From an uncultured Prevotellamassilia sp. (GTDB taxonomy: Bacteria > Bacteroidota > Bacteroidia > Bacteroidales > Bacteroidaceae): a DNA stretch of 64,000 bases. A program made the translations under genes and the position numbers. Of the stretch, positions 20,770 to 30,612 are shown one piece after another. Within the stretch, counting starts at the first letter, position 1, and each line of letters opens with the position of its first letter. The stretch is taken from the NCBI GenBank assembly GCA_964640535.1, contig CAZXFS010000003.1, positions 3,173 to 67,172 on the forward strand, written 5' to 3'. Under the pieces are notes generated by a model, which was not told the DNA's origin, did no database searches, and saw nothing but the letters and a program-made list of their open reading frames with translations.

Positions 20770-20877
20770 GAGTGTTCTTGTAGCCGGAGCTCCCGGCGTT
20801 ATCCTGTCAACAAGGCGGTCCGAGCGGCAACAGTCCCGGTCTACGACCTCCATCCTGCCCGGTGCTCCGGGTGGGCC

Positions 20878-23157
20878 TCAATTCTTTTTCAGGCGCCCAT
20901 TCTCGATGGTCAGTTGGCCGCGATGCGGTGTGCGGACACGGCGTCCCTGGAGGTCATAGACGGCCGACGACGTCGGCGTGTCGAGCGACGTCTCGCGGAG
21001 GCGCGTCGTCTCGCCCGGCGTCTCGGGGTCGGTGGTCAACGTGGAGGGCTTCACCACGACGATTTGCTCAAAGGCGGCGGTATTGGTACCGTCGGAGGCC
21101 TCCCACACGCGCGATATCACGTCGTCGTCGGTCGTCTCCGTATAGGTCACGGCAACCTCTTTGCCACCGGAATAGGCCTTCACGTCAGACTTCTCGGGGA
21201 CGTCTTCCGCCGACGCCACCACTACATAGCGCTCCGGTGTGTTGGTAAACGAGATCTTCGAGGCCGCAAGTGAGAAACCGCCGTCTTCGTAGAAGTCGTT
21301 GTTGTATCCGGCAATCACCGGCGAGGCCTCGGTGACGGCATAGGCGATGCTGCCGATGACCTCCACCTTGATGATGCCGGCGCGAATCTTTCGCCCGGTC
21401 TCTTTAAATTCCACCTGACTAAACGACGTATTGGGGAGTATCACCTCGCAGGAGCCGTTGTTGGGAGCATGTTCCTTCAGCACATATTTCCACGTCTCGC
21501 CGAAGTCGTCCGACATCAGGATGCGCACCTGACTATCCGCGCCGAACACGTTGGTGTCGACGTCCCAGTTCAGCGTCAGACGCTGGCCGGCGGTATAGCT
21601 CGTCGCTTTCTTGTTGGTGAGGCGGAAGGGCGTGCCGTCCACGAAGTTCACCACCACCTCCTGAATGTCGTAGCCGACGGCATGGGGATGTTCCAGGAAG
21701 TTGTCGGGGTCCGGCGAGAGGTCGTTGACGGCCACCCAGAACCAGTAGGAACCCGTCACGTCGACATCGGTATAATCCAGTTTCGACCACTGGCGGTCCA
21801 GCCAGTCATATTCATATTGCGGCTGGAAGCAGACGAGGGAAGAGCTCGTCGGCTCGGCCACGCGAAACTGGGCCGTCGACGAACCGAAATAGGACACCTG
21901 CTGTGCGGCATATTCCATCTCGTCGCCGTCGGGGTCGGTAGCGTCGATTTGGAACTGGAAATAGGTGCCGTGAGGAATCGTATACTCCTCCTTGAGATTC
22001 GTGCGGTCTATCACCGGCGGACGATTGTCGGAGAGCAGCGCCCCCACATAATTGTTGTATTGCGACACGGAAGGCACGTTTTTCTCCGTCTCGATCAGCG
22101 TAGTGCGGTCGGGATAGAGATAATACGGCATATTGTAGCCTATCGATGCATGGCGGATACGGTTGATGCTCATCAGCGAGATCCAGCTGGCATACTGACC
22201 GGAAGCCATGGCCGATGTTCCCACGCCGGGCTCCGAACGATAGGTGTTGTAGTTCTCGTCGGAGTTGGTGTGATAGGAGCCAAACATATGGATGGCCTCG
22301 TGGGCGATAACCACGGGAGTACCGATGGCCGTCGACGCTGCACACAGGGCCGACTGATAGGCGCCCTCATATTTGGAGAGACCGTTGGAGTCTTCTATTT
22401 CGGTCACCATGACGCCAAAGTCGTAGCTGTCGGCGTCAATCAGTTTCGTGAAGTTGAGGTAACTGTTGTTGATGATGGTAGAGCCGGAGACGGAGCCCGG
22501 AATGCTCACACTCGCGTCGGTAACGACCAGGCGCTCATCGTCGATCACCTTAAAGTAGATGCCGCACTGTCGGCCCAGGTACTGATTGAGCTGGGCTTCC
22601 ACTTGCGCCCAAAACACTTTCACCTGCTCCATCTTACTGTTGCAATACCATTTGTAGGCATAGTTGCTGATGGCGATGGCCGTGCGATACACGTGTATCT
22701 TGTCGTCGTTATAGTTCAGCGGCTGGCCTTTCAGCACCGGCGAATCGCCCTCGATGACGGGCGAACGACTGATGTGACTCAGGGGACTCACCTCGGCGGC
22801 GGCGTCGGTGTCGCAACTGAGTTCGGCCTGCTGACTCACGGATTTATCGGTGAGCCGAAGCGTCCCGCCGGCGGTGGCGCTGAGCTGTGTGGCCACGCCG
22901 TTACGGTCGTAATACCAGCCGGAGAGCTCGCCGGAAGGCGTGGTGGAGACGGTGGCCACCAGCCGGGAGCCCTTGTAACCCATGTAGGTATGAATGTCCT
23001 GTGCATCAAACGACGAGGGCACCTGACGCCATTCCAGTTGGGCGGACGTACCGTTGGGGAGTGTAAATTGCAGACGGTCTGTAGAGAGCGTCTCGGCGGC
23101 CATCAATGCAGCCGTGGGCAGCAGAGCGGCCATCAAAGCGACGAACAGTTTCTTCAT
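20878..23157 (-). CDS. secreted zinc metalloprotease (metzincin-type HExxHxxGxxH) with T9SS C-terminal sorting domain
   Basis: The internal ATG gives a signal peptide (MKKLFVALMAALLPTAALMA). Motif HEAIHMFGSYH. C-terminal VYDLQGRRV...LTIENGRLKKN resembles a type A T9SS CTD. Confidence 0.85.
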   Translation of the reverse strand: MKKLFVALMAALLPTAALMAAETLSTDRLQFTLPNGTSAQLEWRQVPSSFDAQDIHTYMGYKGSRLVATVSTTPSGELSGWYYDRNGVATQLSATAGGTLRLTDKSVSQQAELSCDTDAAAEVSPLSHISRSPVIEGDSPVLKGQPLNYNDDKIHVYRTAIAISNYAYKWYCNSKMEQVKVFWAQVEAQLNQYLGRQCGIYFKVIDDERLVVTDASVSIPGSVSGSTIINNSYLNFTKLIDADSYDFGVMVTEIEDSNGLSKYEGAYQSALCAASTAIGTPVVIAHEAIHMFGSYHTNSDENYNTYRSEPGVGTSAMASGQYASWISLMSINRIRHASIGYNMPYYLYPDRTTLIETEKNVPSVSQYNNYVGALLSDNRPPVIDRTNLKEEYTIPHGTYFQFQIDATDPDGDEMEYAAQQVSYFGSSTAQFRVAEPTSSSLVCFQPQYEYDWLDRQWSKLDYTDVDVTGSYWFWVAVNDLSPDPDNFLEHPHAVGYDIQEVVVNFVDGTPFRLTNKKATSYTAGQRLTLNWDVDTNVFGADSQVRILMSDDFGETWKYVLKEHAPNNGSCEVILPNTSFSQVEFKETGRKIRAGIIKVEVIGSIAYAVTEASPVIAGYNNDFYEDGGFSLAASKISFTNTPERYVVVASAEDVPEKSDVKAYSGGKEVAVTYTETTDDDVISRVWEASDGTNTAAFEQIVVVKPSTLTTDPETPGETTRLRETSLDTPTSSAVYDLQGRRVRTPHRGQLTIENGRLKKN

Positions 23158-23400
23158 AAGAGGAGGTACAGTATTTCTATAATGGGTAGTTCTTATTCTT
23201 CGGTTCATGTAAATACGCCGACTACCTGCCGGACAACGTCGAAGGAGAAAAAGAAAAATCAGAGCGAACAACACGTCCGCCTGACACGGGCAACAAACAA
23301 CAGAGAGTGGTTGTCATCGCCCGATGCCGTGATGAGAGCATCACTCGGGGTGGTCAACGAAAGCGACCTCCCTCCATAGGAGAATGTCAACTGACGGGAG

Positions 23401-23408
23401 CAAAGATA
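23401..23408 (-). promoter_or_regulatory. -7 box TATCTTTG upstream of the metalloprotease gene
   Basis: Minus-strand TAnnTTTG match ~245 nt upstream of the ATG at 23157. Confidence 0.3.
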
Positions 23409-23538
23409 GGTATTTTGCGAGAAAAACATCCCCTCATCACTTTTTTTTGCATTCCTCGGAGAGGGACGTCGCCGTCTCTCCCGGAAGCGACGCCCGCCAC
23501 TTCCCTCCCCATCTCCTCGTCGGCCCTCCTTTTCCGCG

Positions 23539-24097
23539 CTTATCGTGAAGCGACACCCCTCAAAAACCGTGCGCGAAGGCCGCGAGAATGCGTTTTTTTC
23601 ACCGCCCCTTGCCTCGCCGACGAGCAGCGCAACGACGAGGCTCCGGCGAGTGTTAAAAAAGCGCCGTTTTTGCCATATGCTGTCAAAAACGCAGTCGAAC
23701 GAGGCCGCCACACGGCCCCAACAAGTCCGGGAGAAATTCCAACAAGTCCCGGACTTGTTTCAACGAATCAGGGACTTGTTCCGCCCCGCCCCCTCCGCCG
23801 CGTCCCCGTCCCTCTTCTTTCGAGATTTTAACGTTATCGGAGCGTTTCGGGGGAACCCAAAAGCGACTCTTTGTCCTCTCCCAAGAGGGAAAAACGGCGG
23901 CCCGGCCCATCCTCGGCGTAAAAATCTGTCAAATCCCGGCACTCAAATGTATTTCTTCCTTAATTTTGTGTAAACTTTTCCATATTCCTGTGAAAGTTTG
24001 CAATGGTTTAGGTTTCTAAACCGCCCGATTTACATTTTTCCAACCTCTTCCGCGTGTCAATATTTTTCGGCAAAAACCACGGAGTTTCTAAAAAAAA
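23539..24097 (+). repeat. copy B1 of a ~0.55-kb interspersed non-coding element
   Basis: Block-by-block alignment by eye with 39288-39826 and 51424-51982. Blocks are CTTATCGTGAAGCGA..GAAGGCCGCGAGAAT; GTTAAAAAA..CCGTTTTTG(A/C)CATAT..TGTCAAAAACGC (23665-23691); three 21-bp units at 23720-23782; a TTTAAC block; the AT-rich TAATTTTG module; and GCGTGTCAA..TTTTTC. Confidence 0.85.
23961..23968 (+). promoter_or_regulatory. -7 box TAATTTTG inside element B1, candidate guaA promoter
   Basis: Exact TAnnTTTG ~230 nt upstream of the guaA ATG. It is the only such motif I see between the element and guaA. Confidence 0.35.
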
Positions 24098-24198
24098 TGA
24101 GGGGGAGGCCAAAAAAATCAGTAATTTTGCGGAGAAGTTACACAGGGAGGACGCGGAAGAAGTTTTTTCGCCCGCCGCCGCCCACTTATTCTTACCAG

Positions 24199-25752
24199 AT
24201 GCAACAGAAAATCATCATCCTCGACTTCGGTTCCCAGACCACGCAGCTCATCGGCCGCCGCGTCCGCGAACTGGACACTTTCTGCGAAATCCTGCCTTAC
24301 AACAAGTTTCCCCACGACGACCCGTCGGTCATCGGCGTCATCCTGTCGGGCTCGCCCTACAGCGTCTACGACCCCGAAGCCTTCCGGGTAGACCTCTCCG
24401 CCATCCGCGGACGCCTGCCCATCCTGGGTATCTGCTACGGTGCCCAGTACATGGCGCACACCTTCGGGGGCAAGGTAGAGCCCGCAGGGAGCCGTGAGTA
24501 CGGCCGCGCCAACCTGGCATGGACCGACCACGACAACATTCTCTTCAAGGGCTTCGACGAGGGCTCGCAAGTGTGGATGAGCCACGGCGACACCATCACC
24601 GCCATCCCGGAAGGGTTCCGCTGCATCGCCTCCACCGACAAGGTGAAATATGCCGCCTATCAGGCCGACGGCGAGCCTCTCTGGGGCGTACAGTTCCACC
24701 CCGAGGTGTTCCACTCTCTGCAAGGCACCCAACTGCTGCGCAACTTCGTTGTCGACGTCTGCGGCAGCCGCCAGGACTGGAGCGCCGCCTCGTTTGTCGA
24801 CACCACGGTGGCACAGCTCAAGGAGCAGCTGGGCAACGACCGCGTCATCCTGGGCCTCTCCGGCGGCGTCGATAGCTCGGTAGCCGCCGTTCTGCTCCAC
24901 CGCGCCATCGGGAGCAACCTGACGTGTATCTTTGTAGACCACGGCATGCTGCGCAAAAACGAATTCCACGACGTCTTGCGCGACTACGAAGGCCTCGGAC
25001 TCCACGTCATCGGCGTCGACGCGAGCGAGAAGTTCTTCAGCGAACTGGCCGGCGTGACGGAGCCCGAGCACAAGCGCAAAATCATCGGCAAAGGCTTTGT
25101 CGACGTCTTCAACGCCGAAGCACAGAAGATTACCGACGCCAAGTGGCTGGCACAGGGCACCATCTACCCCGACCGCATCGAGAGCCTCAACATCACCGGG
25201 AAGGTCATCAAGAGCCACCACAACGTCGGCGGACTCCCCGAGAAGATGCACCTGCAACTGTGTGAGCCTCTGCAGTGGCTCTTCAAAGACGAAGTGCGCC
25301 GCGTGGGACGCCAGCTGGGTATGCCCGAACACCTCATCTCGCGACACCCCTTCCCCGGCCCCGGCCTCGCCGTGCGCATCCTCGGCGACATCACCCGCGA
25401 GAAGGTGCGGGTGCTCCAGGATGCCGACGATATCTTCATCCGCGGACTGCGCGACTGGAAAGTCACCGATGCCGACGGCCACGAGGACTCCCTCTATAAC
25501 AAGGTATGGCAAGCCGGCGTCATCCTCCTCCCCGTCAAGAGCGTCGGCGTGATGGGTGACGAACGCACCTACGAGCGCGCCGTAGCCCTCCGCGCCGTGA
25601 CGAGCACCGACGCCATGACCGCCGACTGGGCTCACCTGCCCTACGAGTTCATGGCCAAAGTGTCCAACGATATCATCAACCACGTCAAGGGCGTCAACCG
25701 CGTCTGCTACGACATCTCCTCCAAACCGCCTTCAACGATCGAGTGGGAATAA
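24199..25752 (+). CDS. guaA: GMP synthase (glutamine-hydrolysing)
   Basis: 517-aa product from an internal ATG ([13 protein letters not shown]). GATase1 segment [12 protein letters not shown]-pyrophosphatase SGGVDSS, C-terminal ...PPSTIEWE. Confidence 0.97.
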   Translation: MQQKIIILDFGSQTTQLIGRRVRELDTFCEILPYNKFPHDDPSVIGVILSGSPYSVYDPEAFRVDLSAIRGRLPILGICYGAQYMAHTFGGKVEPAGSREYGRANLAWTDHDNILFKGFDEGSQVWMSHGDTITAIPEGFRCIASTDKVKYAAYQADGEPLWGVQFHPEVFHSLQGTQLLRNFVVDVCGSRQDWSAASFVDTTVAQLKEQLGNDRVILGLSGGVDSSVAAVLLHRAIGSNLTCIFVDHGMLRKNEFHDVLRDYEGLGLHVIGVDASEKFFSELAGVTEPEHKRKIIGKGFVDVFNAEAQKITDAKWLAQGTIYPDRIESLNITGKVIKSHHNVGGLPEKMHLQLCEPLQWLFKDEVRRVGRQLGMPEHLISRHPFPGPGLAVRILGDITREKVRVLQDADDIFIRGLRDWKVTDADGHEDSLYNKVWQAGVILLPVKSVGVMGDERTYERAVALRAVTSTDAMTADWAHLPYEFMAKVSNDIINHVKGVNRVCYDISSKPPSTIEWE

Positions 25753-25777
25753 ATCCTTCTCCCTCTACATAGAAAAG

Positions 25778-25826
25778 GTCCGCCGAGACTCCTTGCTGCT
25801 GCAAGGGTCTCGGCGGACGCTTTTTT
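25778..25826. terminator. bidirectional intrinsic terminator between convergent guaA and the S46 peptidase gene
   Basis: GTCCGCCGAGAC (25778-25789) pairs with GTCTCGGCGGAC (25807-25818), with an inner CCTTGC/GCAAGG stem. It is followed by GCTTTTTT on the plus strand and by CTTTTCT on the minus strand. Confidence 0.7.
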
Positions 25827-25858
25827 AGGAGGAATCTTCGAAAAATCCGGCGGGAGAC

Positions 25859-27988
25859 TTATTCTCTCACCTCCAGTTCGTCGAAGAGGTAGGTGGACTT
25901 GCCAAACTTCTCCAGCAGGAAGAGCACGTAGCGGATGTCTACATTGATGCAGCGCTGCAGAGAGGGGTTGAACTTCAGGTCGCTGGAGAGCGACTCTATA
26001 TTGCCGTCGAAGGCCAAGCCGATGAGCTCGCCACGCGCATTGAGGACCGGGGAACCGGAATTGCCGCCGGTGATGTCGTTGTTGCTCAGGAAGCAGGTGG
26101 GGAGCTTGCCGTCTTCGCGGGCATAGCGTCCGAAGTCGCCGGCATGGTAGAGGGCACGCAAGGTGTCGTTGACAAAGTAGTCGCTCTCCGTCCGGCTCTC
26201 TTTCTCAAACATTCCGTCGAGCACCGTGCGCCAGTCGTAGCGGACGGCATCACGCGGATGGAGGTCGGCCACATGGCCGTAGGTCATGCGCAGGGTAAAG
26301 TTGGCATCGGGGGCCTTGCTCCACTGATACATCTCACAGAGTCCGCGCACATAGGCCTTGTCGAGCACTCCGATGCGGTGGGCATAGCGCTTCTGAGCGG
26401 CCGAACGTATCGTCGAATAGTCTTTCAACTGCTGCGTATAGCGTGCCAGCGGATCCGACTGCAGGGTGGCAATGTCGGCCTCATCGATGGCGCGGGCAAG
26501 GCGCACCGTGTCGAAATAGACCGACTGCTCCAGTATCGTGTCGATAAAGGCCATGCCTCCGTCGGCGGAACGGGTGAAGTCGGGACAGAGGGCCAACTTC
26601 TTATTCTTGGCAAAATAGGGCACCACGACGTGGGCTTGTCCGCGAACGATGTCGAGGTGTTCGGCCGAGGGGCAGGCGGCGCGCAGGGCTTCCTTGGCAT
26701 CGGAGAGATTCTTGGCCTTCCCTTCCTTGACAGCGGCGGACAGACGGTCGACAGCCGACAACGGGGCTTGCAACGGGAGGAGGCCGAAGACCACTTGGTA
26801 GAGACCGGCATCGTAGAGGGTGTCGCGATAGGCGGCACACGTGGCATCGATGCGCTCCAGGAGACCGTCGTAGGCGGTATCGCGGCTCGTGGCGGCGAAG
26901 GAACGGAAGGCGGCTTCCTCGGCCTTTTTCTGCTCAACCAGATGCGTTTTCTCTACGGCCTCGTTCATGCCGCCGAAGTTCTTCACCGAGTTGCCCAGCA
27001 TGAAATAGTCGTCTTCCAACAACAAACGCAGGGAGTCGCTCTGCTCCATCACTCCCTTATAATAGCGAAGGAGCGGATTACCCACCAACACATAGGGGGC
27101 GTTGCTGCTCTCCGTGCGCAGGGTCACCTCGGAGGCGGTGAGATAGCGCGACGTGCGACCGGGGAATCCCATAATCATGGTGAAGTCGCCCTCCTGCATT
27201 CCCTTCAACGAGATGGGCAGGTAGCGGGAGCACTGCAGGGGGACATTGTCGGCGGAATAGGCGGCCGGCTGTCCCTGCTTGTCGGCATAGATGCGAAAGA
27301 CGGCGAAGTCGGCATTCTGACGCGGCCACATCCAGTTGTCGGAGTTGTCGCCAAACTGCCCGACGTTGTAGGGCGGGTTGACAACGAGGCGCACATCCTC
27401 ATAGACCTGCTCGTAGAAGATATAGAAGCGGTTGCCGCCAAAATAGGGCACGATGCGGGCCACCATCCCCTTCTTCTTTTTATAGGCGCTCTTCTTCAGC
27501 AATTGCTCGGCAAGCGGGTCGAGGAAGGAGTGGCTCTGGCGCAGATATTCGTCGGCGCCCTGCTTGCGGGCGGCAGCCGTCACTTCGTCCGTCACCTCAC
27601 GAACGGCAAGGACAAAGGTGAAGGTGAGGTCTTCGGTGGGGAGCTCTTCGCTCAGGCTCTTGGCAAAATAGCCTTCCTTGACATAGTCGTGCCCCACGGC
27701 GCTCAAGTCGTGCACATAGCCGAAGCCGCAGTGATGGTTGGTAAACACAAGACCGTTGGGTGACACGACCTCGCCGGTACACCCGCCGCCAAAGATGCCC
27801 ACACACTCGCGCAGCGACGACGAGGTCTCGCTATAGAGTTCCTCGGGCGACAGCTGCAGGCCGGCACGCCGCAGGGAGTCCTCAAGATGCTGCTGTGTCA
27901 TGAGTTTCAGGAGCCACATACCTTCGTCGGCATGAGCGGCAGTGAGTCCCAGCAGCAGACTCACGCAAAACGTTAGGAGTTTCTTCAT
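25859..27988 (-). CDS. S46 family dipeptidyl-peptidase (DPP7/DPP11-like)
   Basis: The internal ATG gives a signal peptide ([25 protein letters not shown]). N-terminal catalytic His region (FTNHHCG) and C-terminal Ser motif GGNSGSPV. Its ATG overlaps the ispH stop (ATGA). Confidence 0.92.
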   Translation of the reverse strand: MKKLLTFCVSLLLGLTAAHADEGMWLLKLMTQQHLEDSLRRAGLQLSPEELYSETSSSLRECVGIFGGGCTGEVVSPNGLVFTNHHCGFGYVHDLSAVGHDYVKEGYFAKSLSEELPTEDLTFTFVLAVREVTDEVTAAARKQGADEYLRQSHSFLDPLAEQLLKKSAYKKKKGMVARIVPYFGGNRFYIFYEQVYEDVRLVVNPPYNVGQFGDNSDNWMWPRQNADFAVFRIYADKQGQPAAYSADNVPLQCSRYLPISLKGMQEGDFTMIMGFPGRTSRYLTASEVTLRTESSNAPYVLVGNPLLRYYKGVMEQSDSLRLLLEDDYFMLGNSVKNFGGMNEAVEKTHLVEQKKAEEAAFRSFAATSRDTAYDGLLERIDATCAAYRDTLYDAGLYQVVFGLLPLQAPLSAVDRLSAAVKEGKAKNLSDAKEALRAACPSAEHLDIVRGQAHVVVPYFAKNKKLALCPDFTRSADGGMAFIDTILEQSVYFDTVRLARAIDEADIATLQSDPLARYTQQLKDYSTIRSAAQKRYAHRIGVLDKAYVRGLCEMYQWSKAPDANFTLRMTYGHVADLHPRDAVRYDWRTVLDGMFEKESRTESDYFVNDTLRALYHAGDFGRYAREDGKLPTCFLSNNDITGGNSGSPVLNARGELIGLAFDGNIESLSSDLKFNPSLQRCINVDIRYVLFLLEKFGKSTYLFDELEVRE

Positions 27989-28899
27989 ATGGAATCGGTT
28001 GTTGTTGTCGTTGTCGAAGGGGAAGAGGCGCGGTGGACCAAGGTGCCGATGGCCTCCCGACAGTCTTCCATGAGCCAGGTGGGGGTGGAGGTGGCGCCGC
28101 AAACGCCGACGCTCTGCACGCCGTCGAACCACTCGCGGCACAGTGCGGCGGGGCTATCCACCAGGTAAGAACGGGGATTCACGCGGCGGCAGGCCTCAAA
28201 GAGGACGCGACCGTTGCTGCTCTTGAGCCCCGCCACGAAGACGATGACGTCATGGCGCGCCGCAAAGGCGCGGATATTGGGAAGGCGGTTGGCCACCTGG
28301 CGACAGATGGTGTCGAAGTAGCGGAAGGTGGCAGGCGCCTGGATATGCGTAGTGAGGTAGTCGACGATACTGCGGAAGCCCTCAAGGGGCTTCGTCGTCT
28401 GCGAGAAAAGGCAGATGTCGCGCGAGAAATCGAGCTGCTCCGCCTCCTCCAAACACTCAATGACGATGGCGGCGCCGTCGGTCTGCCCCACCAGCCCCAT
28501 CACCTCGGCGTGGCCACGCTTCCCGTAGATGACGATCTGTGGCGGCGAGGGCTCGGAAAATACTTTCTTGATGCGGCGCTGCAACTGGAGCACCACGGGG
28601 CAGGTGGCGTCGATGATCTCAATGCCGCCGGCGGCGGCGATGCGGTAGGTCTCCGGGGGCTCGCCGTGGGCGCGCAGCAACACCCGCCGGTTGCGCAGCG
28701 ACTGGAAGGCGGCATGGTCGATGGTGACAAGCCCCAAGTCGCGCAGACGCTCACACTCGCGGCTGTTATGGACGATATCGCCCAGACAACACAGGCCCCG
28801 CCCCGTGGCCAGTTCCTCCTCCGCCTTACGAATGGCGGTGGTCACCCCGAAGCAGAAGCCCGATTGCTCGTCAATCTCTATGGCGACCGGCGTCTTCAT
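27985..28899 (-). CDS. ispH: 4-hydroxy-3-methylbut-2-enyl diphosphate reductase
   Basis: 304-aa ORF with a LytB/IspH-like N-terminus (GFCFGV), internal CP..., and HNS. Overlaps the cmk stop by 4 nt. Short Thr-rich C-terminal tail. Confidence 0.93.
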   Translation of the reverse strand: MKTPVAIEIDEQSGFCFGVTTAIRKAEEELATGRGLCCLGDIVHNSRECERLRDLGLVTIDHAAFQSLRNRRVLLRAHGEPPETYRIAAAGGIEIIDATCPVVLQLQRRIKKVFSEPSPPQIVIYGKRGHAEVMGLVGQTDGAAIVIECLEEAEQLDFSRDICLFSQTTKPLEGFRSIVDYLTTHIQAPATFRYFDTICRQVANRLPNIRAFAARHDVIVFVAGLKSSNGRVLFEACRRVNPRSYLVDSPAALCREWFDGVQSVGVCGATSTPTWLMEDCREAIGTLVHRASSPSTTTTTTDSI

Positions 28900-29591
28900 G
28901 CGCGCTCTACCGTTTCGTGAAAGCGTTGCAGCAGCCAGTCGCGCTGCTCGGCGAGGGTCATCCGACTGTTGTCGAGCAACAACGCGTCGGGGGCCTGACG
29001 CAGCGGCGCCACAGCGCGGTGCGAGTCGATATAGTCGCGCTCTTCTACGTTGCGCAAAATCTCGGCGTAGTCGGCGGGCATCCCCTTGGCCTGCAGTTCG
29101 TCGTAGCGACGCCGAGCGCGTACCTCGGCATCGGCGGTAACAAAAATCTTGAGCTCGGCCTGCGGAAACACCACACTCCCGATATCGCGGCCGTCCATGA
29201 CGATGCCGCGCGCGCGGCCCATCGCTTGTTGCTGCGCCGTCAGAGCGCTACGCACAAAGGGCAACGCTGCCACGGGGCTCACGTGCGACGACACCTCGAT
29301 GCCGCGAATCTCGCGCTCCACGTCGTCGCCGTTGAGCTGCGTCACCGGCAGCCCGCTGTCGACGTCCAGACGGAAGGTCACCGCCACGCGGTCCATCTCG
29401 GCCTCCAGGGCGGCGGCATCGACCTGCCCCGCAGCGTCGAAGAAGCCCCGACGAAGGGCATAGAGGGTGACGGCACGATACATCGCGCCGGTATCTACAT
29501 AGATATATCCTACGGTACGGGCCAGTTCCTTGGCCATCGTACTCTTGCCACACGACGAGTGTCCGTCGATGGCCACAATGATTTTCTTCAT
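28896..29591 (-). CDS. cmk: (d)CMP kinase
   Basis: 231-aa ORF with P-loop GHSSCGKST and a cytidylate kinase-like layout. Confidence 0.93.
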   Translation of the reverse strand: MKKIIVAIDGHSSCGKSTMAKELARTVGYIYVDTGAMYRAVTLYALRRGFFDAAGQVDAAALEAEMDRVAVTFRLDVDSGLPVTQLNGDDVEREIRGIEVSSHVSPVAALPFVRSALTAQQQAMGRARGIVMDGRDIGSVVFPQAELKIFVTADAEVRARRRYDELQAKGMPADYAEILRNVEERDYIDSHRAVAPLRQAPDALLLDNSRMTLAEQRDWLLQRFHETVERA

Positions 29592-29655
29592 TTAGTATAT
29601 ATATAATATATCTGAGTACTACCCGGGATGACTCCCCGGTAGATATTTTCTTCTA

Positions 29656-30441
29656 TCAAAGCTCTCGCGCCTCCATCGGTGCCCCGGCTTTCTCCACCAG
29701 TGCTCCGGATTTCTCCAACGCATGCCACAGACTGAAGCGCGCCTCGCCGTTGAGTTGCTGCATCGCGTCGAGGACGCCCTCCACCGAGGTGCGGCGCGTC
29801 GTGACCTCATGGGGGCACAACTTCTGCAGCGGTTGATATTGACGATAGCGGGCCCAGGCGCGGAGGTCATCCTCACGCACCATGCACAACGGGCGCACCA
29901 ACGTGAGATGGAACTTGCGCATCTCGAGACGCGCCGGCATGGTGGAGAAGGTGCCGGTGAAGGTGAGGTTCATCAGGGCCGTCCGCAAGATGTCGTCTTG
30001 ATGATGTCCCAACGCCAGTTTGTTACACCCCAGACGCTGTGCCTCGTTGAACAATATCTTACGACGTTGCCACGAACAGAGGAAGCACGGCGTGCGGCCC
30101 GGCCGACGGTCGGCCTCCATACGCCCCGTACGGAAGTGGAGCGGCACGCCGGCGGCCTCGGCCATCGCCTGCAGATAGGCGGTGTCGCTCCGGTAGTCGA
30201 CGCCCTCCATGCGCACATGCAGCGCCTCCACACGGAAGCGCCCGCCACTGCGCCGCTGCGCCTCGCCAAGGAGCTCGAGCAGGGCCAACGAGTCCTTGCC
30301 CCCGGAGAGCCCTATCAGGAGATGGTCGCCGGGGACGATTAAGTCGAAGCGGCGGATGCCGCTCATCAGATGCCGGTGGAGGCGGCGCGACAAGCTATAT
30401 TCCGCCGTCAACTTCCGCACTCCAAGAGTTTTTTCGGTCAT
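29656..30441 (-). CDS. PP-loop ATPase, TtcA/tRNA 2-thiocytidine biosynthesis-like
   Basis: PP-loop SGGKDS (LIGLSGGKDSLALLELL) plus downstream Cys pairs. The start is placed at the internal ATG (MTEKTL) because a TAACTTTG -7 box lies at 30454-30461, inside the longer ORF. Confidence 0.82.
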   Translation of the reverse strand: MTEKTLGVRKLTAEYSLSRRLHRHLMSGIRRFDLIVPGDHLLIGLSGGKDSLALLELLGEAQRRSGGRFRVEALHVRMEGVDYRSDTAYLQAMAEAAGVPLHFRTGRMEADRRPGRTPCFLCSWQRRKILFNEAQRLGCNKLALGHHQDDILRTALMNLTFTGTFSTMPARLEMRKFHLTLVRPLCMVREDDLRAWARYRQYQPLQKLCPHEVTTRRTSVEGVLDAMQQLNGEARFSLWHALEKSGALVEKAGAPMEAREL

Positions 30442-30453
30442 ATTATACTGCTG

Positions 30454-30461
30454 CAAAGTTA
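30454..30461 (-). promoter_or_regulatory. -7 box TAACTTTG upstream of the PP-loop ATPase gene
   Basis: Minus-strand TAnnTTTG match 13 nt upstream of the ATG at 30441 (very short leader). Confidence 0.4.
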
Positions 30462-30612
30462 CAACATCGCCGCGAAACAAGCGCGCCTGCAAGAAACGCG
30501 GAACCATTTTTTCTGCCCGTAAAGTTCTGCATTCAACAAAATAATCTTAAATTTACGGCCGAAAAGGGAATATCTCACACCCCCTTTGGAATACGTACGT
30601 TTCTAATCAAAC

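Noticed and set aside
23307-23831. ORFs running through the B elements (23307-23831, 23545-23973, 39366-39581, 51452-51739, 51330-51560). One frame is open through blocks II-III in all three copies, giving VKKxPFLxY...TSPGE(I/V)xTSPGLV.
   Set aside because: There is no consistent start codon. Block I is in a different relative frame in copy 3. Differences between copies fall at codon positions 1 and 2 as often as at position 3. The peptide repeats simply mirror the 21-bp DNA repeats. A small conserved peptide cannot be fully excluded without Ribo-seq or dN/dS on more copies.
23550-24110. Apparent strand-flip of the G-rich word in block I (GAGGGGGTG in B2/B3 versus CACCCCTC in B1) as covariation with a distal partner near the element 3' end
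   Set aside because: B2 (CGCCCCCTC at 39832-39840) and B1 (GAGGGGGAG at 24099-24107) fit a closing helix, but B3 has G-rich words at both ends. The pattern is therefore not consistent. The B2 partner is also simply the purC terminator arm.
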